DNA from: Camelus dromedarius
Lineage: Eukaryota
Assembly: GCF_036321535.1 (NCBI RefSeq)
Contig: NC_087449.1
Coordinates: forward strand, 41,540,001-41,604,000
Direction of reading: 5' to 3'
Length of the DNA stretch: 64,000 nt
The notes beneath the pieces are model-generated. The model was given only the letters and a program-made list of their open reading frames with translations, was not told the origin of the DNA and searched no databases. Made by a program: the position numbers and the translations under genes. Positions 1 to 12,885 of the stretch are shown piece by piece; position 1 is the first letter of the stretch, and each line of letters opens with the position of its first letter.

Positions 1-255
1 CATTCATTCATTTATCAGGTGCCTACTCCATGCCAGCACTGTGCTAGATCCTGGAGCTGCAACAGGGAGCACAACAGATAAAAATCCCTGCGCTCACGGA
101 CCTTACATGCTGGAAGGTGGAGGAGACAGACAACCAAAAGGAAACAAACCAGGTAACTGTGACTTGTGATCAGTGTTGTGGGGGAAGTGAAGGGGTAATG
201 AGAGGGGACTGGGGATCCAGGGGTCAGGGAAGGCCTCTCTGAGGAGGTGACATTT
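1..255 (-). mobile_element. L2 LINE 3' end
   Basis: CATTCATTCATT..GTGCCTACT..CCAGCACTGTGCTAG is the reverse complement of the L2 tail. Confidence 0.8.
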
Positions 256-259
256 CGCA

Positions 260-610
260 GGGAAGAAACGCAGGCTCAGAAGGGAGAGGTGACTTGTCCA
301 AGGTCACGTAGCTGGAAAATATAGGAACTGGGACTTGGCCCAGGCCAAGACTCCAGACTTGACCGGGACACCTGTCTCCTGGAGCCCCTCCCCACCAGAG
401 CCTATCGCCCCCATTACACTTGTGTGTGACGCACCAGCGGCACAGTGTCTCCACCCCTTCCTCACACCAGCCTCCAGAAGGAGGTGGGCTTATCATCTCC
501 ACCTTACAGGTGGTGAACGGAGGCCCAGAGGCCTGTGAAGGAGAGATAGAGAGGGGATTTGAACCTGAGTCTTTCGATCCCCAAACCTGCGTCCTTTCTG
601 CCACACCTCA
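260..610 (-). mobile_element. Two MIR SINE fragments
   Basis: GGCTCAGAAGGGAGAGGTGACTTGTCCAAGGTCAC and CCTTACAGGTGGTGAACGGAGGCCCAGAG..GGATTTGAACC. Confidence 0.75.
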
Positions 611-1299
611 GTCCTTCCCAGCCAAGCACCTGCCCTGTGCTCAGCACTTTACTAAGGCCTGTAAGAAACAGATGAATGGGCAGACCGTGTGGCCTTGGAC
701 AAAGTTCATCTCCCGGTGGAGCTTCCATTTCTCCATTAGCAAATACAAAGTGGCCCAGATCAGCTCTTCTGTGCATGTTCATTCTATTCAACTGACACTC
801 CTTGAGGAGCGCGGTGCCCCAGGGGAACAAAAATGAAGGCGGCTCTGCTGATCACAGGCCACAGGCCTGGGAGAGAATTCTTGGGGGGAGTCAATTCTTG
901 GGTAAAAGCCTAGTGGTGGAAATAGTCAGGGGTTAGAAGGTGTCATTTAGGACATGGAGAGCCATCTGGAACTCTCATCTATCTAACTGTCCCCTTCCTT
1001 CCCCATAGTCTCACCCCCTGCCACCTGCATAGGGTCTTAGGCCACCATCGCTCCACCCCTTCTCAGTTCCAGCCCTGGCTTGAGTCTTGGAGAGTCTCCC
1101 AGAGGAGGGGCTGAAACAGGCCCCCAGTGCATGTGGGCCACCATCTGTGCACAGAAAGTGTGACCTTGATCAGGCAGCTGGTCTCCTGCCTTGGCCTTTC
1201 CTATCGATTAACTGGGGAAGGGTGATCAGAGCAAGTTGGTAGCATGATAAAAGGCAAAGTTTATAAGCACGCGCTTCCTGTCAGGCAGCCATCTCTTGA

Positions 1300-2320
1300 G
1301 ACAGGTAATACTATATCCCTGATGTACAGATAAGAGATCAGAGGCTGAAAAAGGTGAAGTCACTTGCCCAAGGCCACACTCAGAAATGGCCCACTGGGGA
1401 GCCACCTGCGGGTCCATCTGACGTCAGAGCTCCGCCCATAGCAAAAAGCTGTTAACTTGCCCGAGTGTCTGTGCACTTTGACCCATGCGACAGTCAACCC
1501 CCAGGACCTTACCCAGGAGAGCCGAAAAGATGTTCACTGCAGCCGTATTGACAATACGGTGGATAACTGGAAGACAACTGCATGCCAACGACAGGGCCCT
1601 ATTCACTTTAGAAATTAGGCAGCTTCAGATAAATTGTGGCTTCCTGAGCACCAGCCCTTGTCAGTTACTCTAGTGTAACCCCAGCACCAACCTGCCAAGT
1701 GGATGTTACTTTCCCCAACCCTGGATGAGGCCTCAAAGTTCAGAGCATGAAGAACTGGCTGAGGGCACACAGCTAGTGAGGGGCCCGGGCCCCCGCAGTG
1801 CTGCCAGGCCTATTCACAGCCATGCTCCAGGGAGGAACGTCAGCTCTGTTCTACAAGAAAGGAAGCTAAAACTCAGGGAGGGCAAGTGACCCCTGCAACA
1901 TCACACAGCTGATGAGCAGAGAATTAGGTTCTGATCTCAGGCACTGAGACTCCAGGCTCTGGGACGACTTCTCCACACTGCTACCTAATGACTGGGAAAC
2001 TGTGGCTGAGTCGTTTAGCCTCTCCAGAACTTCTGGACTCCCCATCTATAAAATAGGGGTAAGATTGTCTGTTGCATATGGTGGCTGTAGGCAGGATTAA
2101 ATGACTGTCTGCCCAAAAAGAATGTCACTACATAAGCAGTGGTAGCAATAACCACAGTGACAATACCAGTAGTACTAATAATAATAATTGTTGATACCAG
2201 TGAGACATTATGCTGCAGAAGGCAGCCTTGCCTGGAAGTTAAAAAACCTGGCTTCAAATCTCAGCTCAGACATATCCTCCTCTCTGGGCCTCAGCTTCTC
2301 CACCTATAGAATGGGGGAAG
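1300..2320. mobile_element. Cluster of about 5 MIR fragments
   Basis: MIR core motifs (CACTTGCCCAAGGCCACAC, CTCCCCATCTATAAAATAGGG, CCTCAGCTTCTCCACCTATAGAATGGG). Confidence 0.7.
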
Positions 2321-5159
2321 GGCAGACTGGAAGATATTTCCTGCTCTGATGGTCTCTGGGTCCAGGAACCCTGTTGTCTCAGGTTTTCCCCATGCAGGAA
2401 GCAACCTTGGGCTCTGCCTGCTGGTCCCTCATCACACACTGGTCAGGGGGGACGTGGTGGGTCTGGGCCTGAGGCTACTCGGACGCGTGCCCTGGAGGAG
2501 GACAAGAGGCCCTTGGGCAAGGGAGACGGGGGTGAAGCCAGGAGGCTCTCCACGGTGTCCCCACACACACAGCCCTGGCTCCTGGCCTGTCTGCAGTGGG
2601 TCCTCGTACCTCAGCACCAGGGGCGTGCCTCTGCCCCTCAGCCTCAGTCTCTCCCCTCTCAGCGGGCCCCCAGAGGAGACACTGAACCTTGGTGAAGAGA
2701 AAGCAGAGAATGGCCAGGAAAGAAAGGCTGGAAGGGCCAGGGGAAGCGTGAGAAAACACCCAGGGCAGGAAGGGTGAAGAGCAGGGTTTCACGTGATGGG
2801 GGGGTGGGGGGTGAGAGAGAGACGTGGGGCCGGGCGGGGTGCGTGAGAACTCGGGAGGAAGGAAAGGAGGCCACAAGGAGGGACTTGGAGGTCTCTGTGA
2901 CATTTTTCAGAGGCCCAGACTGAAGGCAGAATCCCCTTTAGTAACCCTGGGGGCCTTCAGATGCCCCTCTTTGTGTTCAGTGAATGGACCCTGCGGGCCA
3001 GGCCTCTCATACAGGTCACACTGGCCCTAAGGGCAGGCCTGCCACAGTGGCCCCAGCCCCACAGGCTGGCCACACAGAAAGGCCAAGGGATGTCTGCAGA
3101 ATAAAGGATTTGGTTCAGTCTCCCAAAGGCTCTGAATTGGAAAGAATGTAAACAGCATCTGGTCCACCTCTCCTCACCTGCCCTGCCTCAGGAGGAATGC
3201 CTTGCTCAGGGTCACACGGTGAATGATGTCAGGGCCAGAATTGGAACCCAATTGTGTGTGTCCTGTGTCTCAGACCTCTTGCCGGTGCGGCACTTAGGGT
3301 CCCTCCGTCCTGAGCAGCAGCAGGAGGACCCCCTGCCTCTAGTCTGGCTTTACGACCAGAACAGCTTCAGGGCCTGCGGCTCAGCTGCTGGACTTCCTGG
3401 GTTGGAGGTACATTAAATGAAGCCTCAGTGATGCACAGCTTTGACTCCTGAAGGTGGTGGCAGAGAACACACTGGTGAGGCAGCATCTGGGGGGTTCCAG
3501 GGAGCCTGAGCCCAGGACAAGCCTCCACTAAGTTCTGAGTGACCCCTAGGCCCTGCAGGGCCAGGGGCAGGGAGGTAGGCAGTATCCTTGGAACTGAGGC
3601 CTGGTGGCAGGGCAGGGGAGCCAGGTAACCCATCGAGGTACCTCAGAGGCAGTGAGGCTGAGACTCACGGAGGCCAAGCTCCAGTTAAGGGCTTCCACAA
3701 GCTTCCAGCTACAGCAAAGGCAGGAGATCAGTCTGTAAACAGACAACAAAATCGCACAGAAGCAAATGCCCTTAGACATGTCCTAACCTATCTCTCTGAT
3801 GGGCTCAGAGCCAGAGTTGGCCTGCTCAGATTCCCCACCCATTTCCAAGGAAAGGTCAGCCCAGTCTTGGACCTGGAGAGGCCAGAGCCTCCTTCAGGCC
3901 AGGCCTTCTTTCCTTCCTCAACCAAACTCATCAACAAATCCCCTCTGGGTTTATTGCTTGCCCTCCCTCCTTGTGGGACCCCAGCTTTCTCCTTCTCAGT
4001 TTTGTTGACACTTCCTCCCAAACCTTCCATGGCTCCCCATGTCTACAAGGTGTAGACCCCTTGACTTGACATTCAGCATCTCCATGATCTGGTCTCTGAT
4101 CTCAGTCCTCACTGCTCCCCACTCCCCTTTGCTCCATCAATGACTCTCAGTCTTGGGATGTTCTCCCCATGGGACTTGCTCATCCCAATCTGGATTTGGC
4201 CTGGCAAGCCCAGTTTGGCCCTTGCCCATGCACAGCCTTGTGGTCAAAGGAGGGATCCCAGCCAGTAGGCATGCCTTTCCTCTGAATGGGCAGGTGACCC
4301 GTTTGTCTGTCCCAGTCAGAAGAGCCATGGCATAAGGGAATCCTGTCACTTCCTGGAAATGTGACATTGCACAAGCAAGCCTCAGTTTTCTTATCTGCTA
4401 AATGGGGGCAGTGATCCCACCACAGGATTCAAAGCTCTGGGCACAGTGAAGATCCCACAGAAGGCACTCAAGACACTTTAGCTGTTAATTATCATCATCT
4501 GTGCGGTTATGACTTCATGCGGTCCTATGCAGCAAACATACTAAGCACCAAGCCACCAGCAGGGAGCAAGGTTGTCAAACCATTTCATGTGAAAATCTTA
4601 GAAACACTCACTGCGAGCTCAACTTAAATATGGAAAACTGAGATCCAGGGACCCAAAGCCAGTTAATGGCAGAGACAGACCAGAAGTCACATCTTCTGTT
4701 TTCCAAGCCAGAACTCTCCCCGTAAAAGCCACCACAGCTGAGAGTCAAGCTCAAACACCAAACTTTAAATATGATAGTGTCAATGTAGAGAAAACCTTAG
4801 CTACATATAAGAGGATCTATTATTTATTCTCACTCCTAACGTCCCCCTCCTATGCACCTTTAGAGAACGCCTCTTCATCCTCCGCCTGGGCCAAGCTTGC
4901 CCCGCCAGCCGCCTCTCTTCCCCCACTCCCTGCCCCTCTCCATCGCTGGGAAGGCCTTTCTCTGACCTTCCCTGGCAGAGCCAAAGGACAAATGCTGGCT
5001 TGCCTTTTTGCTACTCAGCAAAAAACTGAATTCCTTTTCTCCCAGTGCCCTTCTGGATTTTCTGTTGTTGTTCTTCACCCCAAGGGTCTACTCTGTGAAA
5101 GAAAACCAGAACCTCCCTCTCCCCAGCCTGTAAACATTCCTAGTTCCTCCCATCTTGAA

Positions 5160-5356
5160 AAACAACCGATAAACAAAAAGTTTCTACTGTACAGCACAGG
5201 GGCCCATATTCAATGTCTTGCAGTGACCTGTGGTAAAGAAGAGTATGACAACGAATGTGTGTATGTTCCTGTGTGACTGAAGTGCTGTGCTGTATGCCAG
5301 AAACTGACACAATATTGTAAACTGACTGTACTTCAATAATTAAAAAAAAAAAAAAA
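5160..5356 (+). mobile_element. LINE-1 3' end, 5'-truncated (cetartiodactyl-type L1 3' UTR)
   Basis: CTACTGTACAGCACAGGG..ATTCAAT..GCTGTATGCCAGAAACTGACACAATATTGTAAACTGACTGTACTTCAAT plus poly(A). Confidence 0.85.
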
Positions 5357-5379
5357 CAAGCAAACAAAGCAAACCTTCT

Positions 5380-6640
5380 ACCCTCTTCTCCTTCAACCTG
5401 GTCCCGCTCCTTCTCCTTCAGTTCCATTTCTTTGTGGTCACCTGTCATCTCCAGGCCCCATCTCCTTGGCTTCACCTCTGACTCCTCAACCATAAGGCTG
5501 CCTCTGTGGCCTCTCCACCCTCCACCCAGACTACTCCTGTTCAAGTCCCCGGTGACTTCATCTCCCTGCATCCACTGGGCTCCGTGGTCCAACCTGCCTG
5601 ATCTTTCTGCATCAGTTACCCCACTGAGCACTCTCTCCTAGGGGCTGTCTGACACTGTCCCCCTATAGCTTGGCCAGTAGTTTCTCAGTCTCCTTTGTCA
5701 GCTCTGCCTCCACCCAAATCTTGACATTCTGTCTTGGGCCCTCTCCTCTTCCAAGCTCTGTTCCTTGGCATTCCCTGGGGTTGAATTTCCCTCTCAGCCA
5801 ACGACTCCTAGAGCCCCATCTCCAGTCCAGACATGTCTCCTGAGCCCCAGGCCTGGGCACCCAACGGCCACCGCTGGGTGTCTCCAAGGCAATGCCAACT
5901 GAACACGTCTAGAACCATCTCATGATTCTCTCTTTTGAAACCTGCTTCCCCTCCCGAGCCCCCATCTCTTTATACAGCCCAACCATCCCCCCCGTCATTC
6001 AAGTTGAACAACTGGGAGTCGCTGGTCCTTCCTCTTCCTCACATGCACACCCAGTCTGTCACCACGTCCTGCAGAGTCCACCTTCCAAATGCCTGTACAA
6101 TCCACCCGGGCCGCCTGATCCCCTCTGCCGCGACCTCAATCCAGGCTGCCCACCTCTGTCCTGGTGGGGAGTCCTAACTGGTCTCCCAAAGCCACACTTA
6201 CCCTGCCTTCCATTCTCTTTACAGTAGCCAGAGGGGTCTTTCTGGAACACAGGTCTTTTTACGTCATTTTCCTGCTTAAAACTTGTCACCATCTGCCAAC
6301 TTTTCTCCAGTAAAACTCCCAAATGTTTGGCATCTTGTGCTGCCTCCCCTCCAGCTCTCTGAGCACCGGCCACACTGGCCTTTTAGCTTTTCTTTCAATT
6401 CGTTGTATTTCTTCCTGCCTCTGAGGCTTTGCTCTTGCTGTTTTCTCTGCCCAGAAGACTTTTCCTTTACCCCCAAACCCCAATAACCCATCCTCAAGAG
6501 ATCAGGCCAAGGGCTGATTCCCACATTCTCCCCAGGGCCCCGGGGAATTCAGCAGCTGCCAGGTTGTTTGCCCGCACCCATGAGTGCCTGTGGTCGCTTG
6601 ATTCATGTCTGTCTCGGCTCCTGGACTGCAAATCTGTGAA
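5380..6640 (+). mobile_element. Long decayed L2 LINE fragment
   Basis: Pyrimidine-rich L2 body motifs (CCTAGACATCTCCA-like, CATCTCAAACT-like, GGCTGCCCACC..AACTGGTCTCCC, CCAGAGGGGTCTTTCT). Confidence 0.75.
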
Positions 6641-7142
6641 GGCCAGGGGCCATGTCTGTCTTGCTCATCCTACAGCCACACTGCGCCTGGCGCATAGCAT
6701 CCCAGAGCCCCACCCGCCCAGGCCACCCTCCCACCCCGTCCACACAGCCAGCGCTAATTGCTCCGGAGACAAACTCCAGTCTGGAATTCAAGGACTCGCC
6801 TTTCCTATGCTCCCTGTCCTCAGCTCCCCACACGTACCTTTCCCCATCCACACTGGGGAGCCTCTTCCCTCCCCATTTCCCCCTCCTCCATCTTTCTCTA
6901 ATAACATTCATCCAGCAATAGCCGGCTCAAGCCCACCATCCTCAACGATGCTTCAGTCTCCTGATCACATGGCCCATCTTCCTCTGGATGGACAGCCATC
7001 CCTCACTAGCTTCAGGATGAACACAAGGCGCTTGGGACACTTCACAAGCTAGCCCCAGCCTACACTCTCAGCTCCTCACCACCCACACACCTGACACCCT
7101 ACAGTCTGGCACAAGAGGGCTTAGCCTTTAAAGTCATGTTTC

Positions 7143-7277
7143 NNNNNNNNNNNNNNNNNNNNNNNNNNNNNNNNNNNNNNNNNNNNNNNNNNNNNNNNNN
7201 NNNNNNNNNNNNNNNNNNNNNNNNNNNNNNNNNNNNNNNNNNNNNNNNNNNNNNNNNNNNNNNNNNNNNNNNNNNNN
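7143..7277. other. Assembly gap (135 N)
   Basis: Run of n. Confidence 1.
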
Positions 7278-7700
7278 CCTAGATCTTATCATATTAAGTG
7301 AAGTAAGTCAGACAGAGAAGGAAAGAAAAATATCATATGACATCACTTGTATGTGGAATCTAAAAAAAAAAAAATTCTATTTACAAACCAAAAACAGACT
7401 CATGGGCATGGAAAACAAACTATGGTTACCAAAGGGGAAAGGACAAGGGAAGGATAAATTAGGAGTTTGAGATTGACGGATACACATTACTGTATATAAA
7501 ATAGATAAACAACAAGGGCCTACTGTACAGCACAGGGAACTGTATTCAATTTCTTGTAATAACATATAATGGAAAAGAAGCTGAAAAGAAAGTATGTATA
7601 TACGTGTGTATGTATAACTGAATCACTTTGCTGTACACCTGAAACTAACATTGTAAATCAACTATACATCAATTAAAAACTTTTTAAGTTAAAAAAAAAA
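7278..7700 (+). mobile_element. LINE-1 3' end; 5' part lost in the assembly gap
   Basis: TAAGTGAAGTAAGTCAGACAGAG..GTGGAATCTAAAA..ATGGTTACCAAAGGGG..TAACTGAATCACTTTGCTGTACACCTGAAACTAACATTGTAAATCAACTATA plus A-tail. Confidence 0.9.
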
Positions 7701-7900
7701 ATAGAGCCGTGTTTCCTGGATTCATGTCCTGGCTCCTCTTCTTACAAGTTTCAGGATCTCGGGCAAGTTACAAACCTTCGCTAAGCCCCACTTCCCTCAC
7801 TCATAAGATGGGAGCAGTAAGAGCTCCCACCTCATCATATTTTGTAGGGATTAAATAAGGAAAGCCACGGGAAGTATTCAGCCTAGTGCTTGGCATCCTT
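7700..7900 (+). mobile_element. MIR SINE
   Basis: GGGCAAGTTACAAACC..CTTCCCTCACTCATAAGATGGG..GTAGGGATTAAAT..CCTAGTGCTTGGCA. Confidence 0.8.
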
Positions 7901-8699
7901 GTGTGCTACCAGGGGCCTCTGAGCTTCTCTCCTCTATCGTGGCCCTGATTGGTTAACCAGCCGGTCCTTCCCACTGGTCCTATGTTAAGAGGGGAGGCTG
8001 GGTCCCTTTCATCTCTGTATTCTTCTTGCCTAATCCAATGCCTGGTCCCAAGAAGACTCAGTAAATGCTTGTTAATAAGTAGATAGACCACACACTTGGC
8101 ACATATCATCTTATTGTTCTTCACTTTCATGTATATAAATCTTATCTCTCCCAACAAAATTTGAGCTTCAGGGTATGGAGGAGGTGGTACGGGGGAAGGA
8201 GAGCTGGAGTGTCTTCATGTCAGAGTATCCAGACCTGGGAGGGATCTCTGAGTTCCTGACATCCATCTACCCCACACAGTGCCCAGCCCGGAGCACGGAG
8301 TCAAGAAGGCCTTGTTGACAGATGAGCCCGCCATCTTCCCCGAGAAGGAGGCCTGTTCCCCCCATGAGATATTGCCCTAATTACTCCCTGGTCCCTCCCC
8401 TCCACACACACATCTGCTTTCTTAGGCAAGAGCCTGCTTGACTTACTCACATGGAGTTCTTTTGGCTCATGGTTCTGAGCCAACTCCGCCAGTTTCTTCA
8501 GAAACTACACAGAAAGAGAGGCAAAGTTTTCTTAAAGCCACAGAGCACAAAATCAGAACAAGGGACAGATCGGTTCTTATCAGCAAAAAGACCAGCCGTG
8601 GACTAGCTGTGGCCAGATCATCTCAGCACTGTCCAGAAGGCAGGCCCAATGGCACAGTAGAAGGGTTAAGTGTGTTGGACTCTGCGCTCGAAGAGTCTT

Positions 8700-8865
8700 G
8701 AGTTTATTCCAGGCTTTGCCCCCAACCCACTGGGTGACCCTGCACAATTGACTTACCTTTTCTTAGCTCAGATTCCTTGTCTGTAAAGCGGAGATATTAG
8801 TACGAGCTCAGGAGGATATAATTACAGGAGTGTTCAAAAGGTTAGCTACTGTTATTATGATTACT
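8700..8865 (+). mobile_element. MIR SINE
   Basis: GGGTGACCCTGCACAATTGACTTACC..CTCAGATTCCTTGTCTGTAAAGCGG. Confidence 0.7.
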
Positions 8866-10445
8866 ATTATTATACCATTGAATGTCATCCAGAAGGAACC
8901 TCAAAGGTCATTTGGGAGCAGAGGACACTGAAGTCAGCAGAGGTGCCCTCACTTGGCTAAAACATAGAGCAAATCGGTGCTTTTCTCTCTCCCCCTTCTC
9001 CTGACATTTTTCAGAGAACCAGGAGGGGTTTGCTCACTTGCCCCCAGACACAGAGAAGGTTCCCCTACCTTGATTAGAAGAGCACAGATTTGGGAGTCTT
9101 GAAGGGGTATGTGCACATGCAGGGATGTCCGTGTCGACATTGGACTTGTTATGGAAAGGCCATTTCTTCACCTCCAGTTGGAGGTGGCCCTGCCCACTGC
9201 TGCAGGGCAGATCCTGGCCTCTGCTTGCTGTCTATCCATGTGGAAGAGACTGTGGCTGGGTTCACTGTGGACACAGTCTAGATCTTTCAGGGGGAAGGAC
9301 CTTGGGAGGCAAGGCACTGGCTGCTCCCCCTTCTCCAGCTGGGCTCAGCAATCTGGCCTCTCCATAGCTTGGCCCAGGGGCTCCGCCTACCCACCTGCCT
9401 GCCAGATGAAATGCTGGCTTCCACCCACCCCAGATGCATCTTGCCCACTGCCCTCCCTTTCCCTGGTGCTGGGGAAGACCTGGCTGGTCCATCTGGAGGG
9501 GTCCAGGTGAGCACTGGGCAGGGGGCAGTGGGCAGGTCCTCTTAACCACAGCTCAGGGAGGTGTTAAAGGCCTCTGCACTGGGTCAAGAAGGCAGGTCCC
9601 AAGCAATCTTGAAGCAAGGAGCCTGAGGGCTGAAGGGGAACCCAAACCATACTTGGAGTAAAGCAAAAACAAGAAGTCCTGCTATCGGTTAAGCAGCCCC
9701 TCTCCCGGGCCCAGTCCTCTGTCCTTCCAGTCAATCCTGGCAAAATCTCCTTCTCCAATGTGCGGTTTGTGAGGACGAAATGGGAAGATACATCTGTCCC
9801 AGAGTACCTGGCAAGGAGGAGTGTGAGTTCGGTTGGGCAGTAAGAGATGTTGCCAGCTAGTTCTCTGTTGAAGTACAGACAGAGGTGTCCCTTCGACTAG
9901 ACCTTCCTTGTTCAGTAAGTGTCCCTTGGCCAGGATGGAGGAAGTGTGCCCCCTTAGCTCTCCAAACACAAAGCCAGGAGGCCCCTGTGGTGCTGGGCAG
10001 GGTGCGACAGGACTTCCTGACACAGGCTTCTCCCACTCCCATTAGCTTGCAGAGCTGGTCTCTGATGTGTTGGTGGGCAAATCTACAGAGGGACCAAAAA
10101 GCCTCCATGCTGTTTCTGAAAGGTGGGAAAACCTATTGTCCAGAAAAGACCCCGAGTACCTGGCCCCCTCTCCATGAGTGAGGGGAGGGTCTGAAATGAT
10201 GGCCTGGCTCAGCACAGGGTCTGGGATATTGATAGGAGGGCTGGTTCCAGTTTTCCAAGTGGCTGAGGTGAGAAGCACCTCTTGGCCTGACATGGTGGTT
10301 TGCTTTGGGGCCAACGGCCAAGTGTGTGGATGTGAGTCTAAGAAAGCGATAACCTTGGCCACAAATTGTGGAGATAACAGGAGCACAGGCTCCATTGCAA
10401 GGGAGGAAAAGGGTTCTCCTGGCTGTGCAGAACATGTCTTCAGCA

Positions 10446-10459
10446 GCGCCCCCGTGTGG
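10446..10459 (-). promoter_or_regulatory. Candidate CTCF site (weaker)
   Basis: The reverse complement CCACACGGGGGCGC has 2 mismatches to the core. Confidence 0.35.
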
Positions 10460-10879
10460 TAGCAGCAGAGACAGTAACACTGATGGTCTGATAAGAGCTA
10501 GTTTCTCTCTACCTGACACTGGAGGCAAGATTCTCCCCTTTGGACAGAGAAACCTCCTGGGTCCATTTGGGCAGGCAATGGCTTCAATCAGGAGATGTTA
10601 GATTCCTACTAAATTATACAGGCAAATAACTGGAAAACTGAGAGACTTGTGACCCACACTCCCAAACTAGTAAGGTGGGTGACGCACAGAACTTGACTAT
10701 CTCATTGGTTCTTTCTAACAGCCCTTCCAATAGGCATAATTGTGCATATTAGATATATGAGAAAATAGAGGCTCCAAGAAGTCAAAAACAGTGCAAGTTC
10801 ACCCAGCTGGTAGGTGCTGGACCTGGGACCGGAAGGACCTCTTCTCAGTGCGCCACGAGACGGAGCAGAAACCTGAGGC

Positions 10880-11230
10880 CACACGAGGGTCAGTGCTTAT
10901 CATAGTGGCTCTTTCTCATCCTTCAGATCACGGCTTAAACGTCTCGTCCTCAGTGAGGCCTCTGAGTCACAGAACCTACCGTGGGTTTCGCCCCACTACA
11001 TCTGTACACCAGGACACTATTTCTTTCTTTCTTAGAATATTATCATAATGATCATAACATCATTTTTATTTGTGGCTTTAAAATTCCCTTTGGTCTGTCT
11101 CTCTCAGGAGAACATTTGCCCCACCAGAAGCACACTCTGGATCAGGCTCAATGCTGATGCCCAGGGCCCAGTAAGGGGCCGAGGACGTAGTAGGAACCCA
11201 ATAAATACTGATTGAGTGAATGGTTGAATA
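10880..11230 (+). mobile_element. L2 3' end
   Basis: CTCCTCAGTGAGGCCTCT..GTAGGAACCCAATAAATACTGATTGAGTGAATGG tail. Confidence 0.75.
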
Positions 11231-12319
11231 GATGGATATGGGAACTTGAAAGCACGTCCTCTTTGGATGGAGTGAAAATTCTGGAGATGGTCACGAGGGA
11301 GAGGAGAAGGTTCGGGGTAGACACAAGCCCCATCTCCAGATTCTAAAGGGCTGTCCCGGAGCAATAGGAGTAGGTGGGGTGGGAGGCACAGAAGTGGGGT
11401 CACCTAAAAGCAGGACTCTCCATGGGGGACCTGGGCCCTCAGGAGGTGGTGAGCTTGCTGCCCTGCAGGTACACGCAGGCCCTGACTACCCCTTCTTGTC
11501 CCTCCGTGGGCAGGTTCAAAGTGGATTCTGGCCATGGCCATGGCTAAAGGAGGTTTGTCAGGCCTGAGTCATGGCTGCTCAGGGACTCAAAGCAAAGCAG
11601 GTGAGGGGGCTCCAAGGAGGAGGTGAGCTGCAGGGTTTCTTGGGGGATTATCAGGAGCAGGGATCTCTGGACAGAGACGTGGGTCTGTCTGCCGAAACTT
11701 GCTCACAGCAGCTTCCAGGCTTGCTGGTCAGATAATTGCCAACAAAATAGATTGCGGCCTGAGCAGCAGCTACCGCCCTCTGTATAGCGAGGAGCCTGGG
11801 GCAGGGGGCACGCAGGAGCAGGCACCAGGGCCCTGAGTCATAGAGGGAACTAGTCACATTCAGAACAGCTATGATTCTGGCCTCAGAACCTTTCTCTGTG
11901 ATGATGATGGTGGCCTCTCTCTGGCCGCAGGCGTCCCACCTGCAGACTGAGAACCCACTGAACATCCACTCTGTACCTGGCCAGCACTGGGGAGAAGGAG
12001 TCATCAGCGTTGCCTCCCAGGTAGCCAGGAAGGATTGCACAGTCTGCATCCAGTGGTACCAACCGACACACACTAGTTCAGACCCCGGGGGTGGGGGGAG
12101 TGGGGGAACAGCAGGTCGCTTCCAGAAAGAAGGTGGAGGTCTGTGCTCTGACCTCTTTTTCTGCCCTCATTGGGGGAAACTCTGACTACCTAGAGGGGAT
12201 TGGAAGGCAGCCAAGAAAGGTCTAGCCTGAGGCTCTGCAAGACCGGCCGGCAGCACCTGGGACTCTGATCCTGAGTTTCCTGGAGGAAGTGTTCGCTTAT
12301 GTTCATTTATATTATGCTC

Positions 12320-12470
12320 TTGTGTGTCTGTGTGACCCACGTGTGTGTGTTTGTGCATGTGAATCTCTACACTTGCTTGTGTGTGTATGTTTCTAACCAT
12401 GTCTAATTCCATCTCATATGTGCTTATGCATATGTGTGTGCCCTTGTGTGTGTGTTTCTCGGTATACATG
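12320..12470. repeat. Degenerate (TG)n-rich block
   Basis: Interrupted TG repeats. Confidence 0.8.
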
Positions 12471-12499
12471 GGAGCCCAAGTGATTATATGAGTTATATA

Positions 12500-12775
12500 T
12501 ACATTAATTCATTCCATGAATATTCATAGAGTGCCTGCTATATCCACGTGTTTTCCTAGGTGCTGGGAATCCAGAGGTGAAGTAAGAAATTCAAGGTCTC
12601 TTTCCGCATGCAGTTTACATGTAATGTAAGAGACAGGCAAGAAATGAGTGAATAAATAAATGAATACATCATCTCAGGTGGTGATCACTGCCATGAAGGG
12701 GAACAAAAGCAGAATAATTAGAAAGAGAGTGACTTGGGAAGCATTACTTGATACAAAGAGGTCAGGAAAGACTGC
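12500..12775 (-). mobile_element. L2 fragment
   Basis: TTCATTCCATGAATATTCATAGAGTGCCTGCTA..CCTAGGTGCTGGGAAT..GTCAGGAAAGACT. Confidence 0.75.
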
Positions 12776-12885
12776 TTAGAAATGCAGAATCTCAGGCCTC
12801 AAATCAGAGAGCCTAATTCAGAATCTGCATTTTAATGAGATTCTGGGATGATCTGCATGCACACCAGAGATTAAGAACTACTAGG
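12775..12885. mobile_element. MER5-like hAT DNA transposon fossil
   Basis: AATGCAGAATCTCAGGCC..TCAGAATCTGCATTTTAA..GATCTGCATGCACACCAGAGATTAAGAACTACT. Confidence 0.75.

Noticed and set aside
1543-1559. Palindrome CCGTATTG-A-CAATACGG
   Set aside because: 8-bp arms are expected several times per 64 kb, and it lies in a probable old L1 fragment.
2796-2846. G-quadruplex-like G-run cluster
   Set aside because: Such runs are common throughout this GC-rich window, with nothing linking this one to function.
9169-9186. Inverted repeat CACCTCCA-GT-TGGAGGTG
   Set aside because: Chance-level arm length.
9723-9860. Frame reading CAVCEDEMGRYICPR, resembling a zf-HIT finger
   Set aside because: The DNA matches the MIR tail (GTTGTGAGGATTAAATGAG..CAGTGCCTGGCA-like). 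Later zinc ligands are missing and a stop follows.
11650-11836. Open frame GQIIANKIDCGLSSSYRPLYSEE.. with an NKxD-like motif
   Set aside because: No other GTPase motifs, no convincing acceptor site, short.
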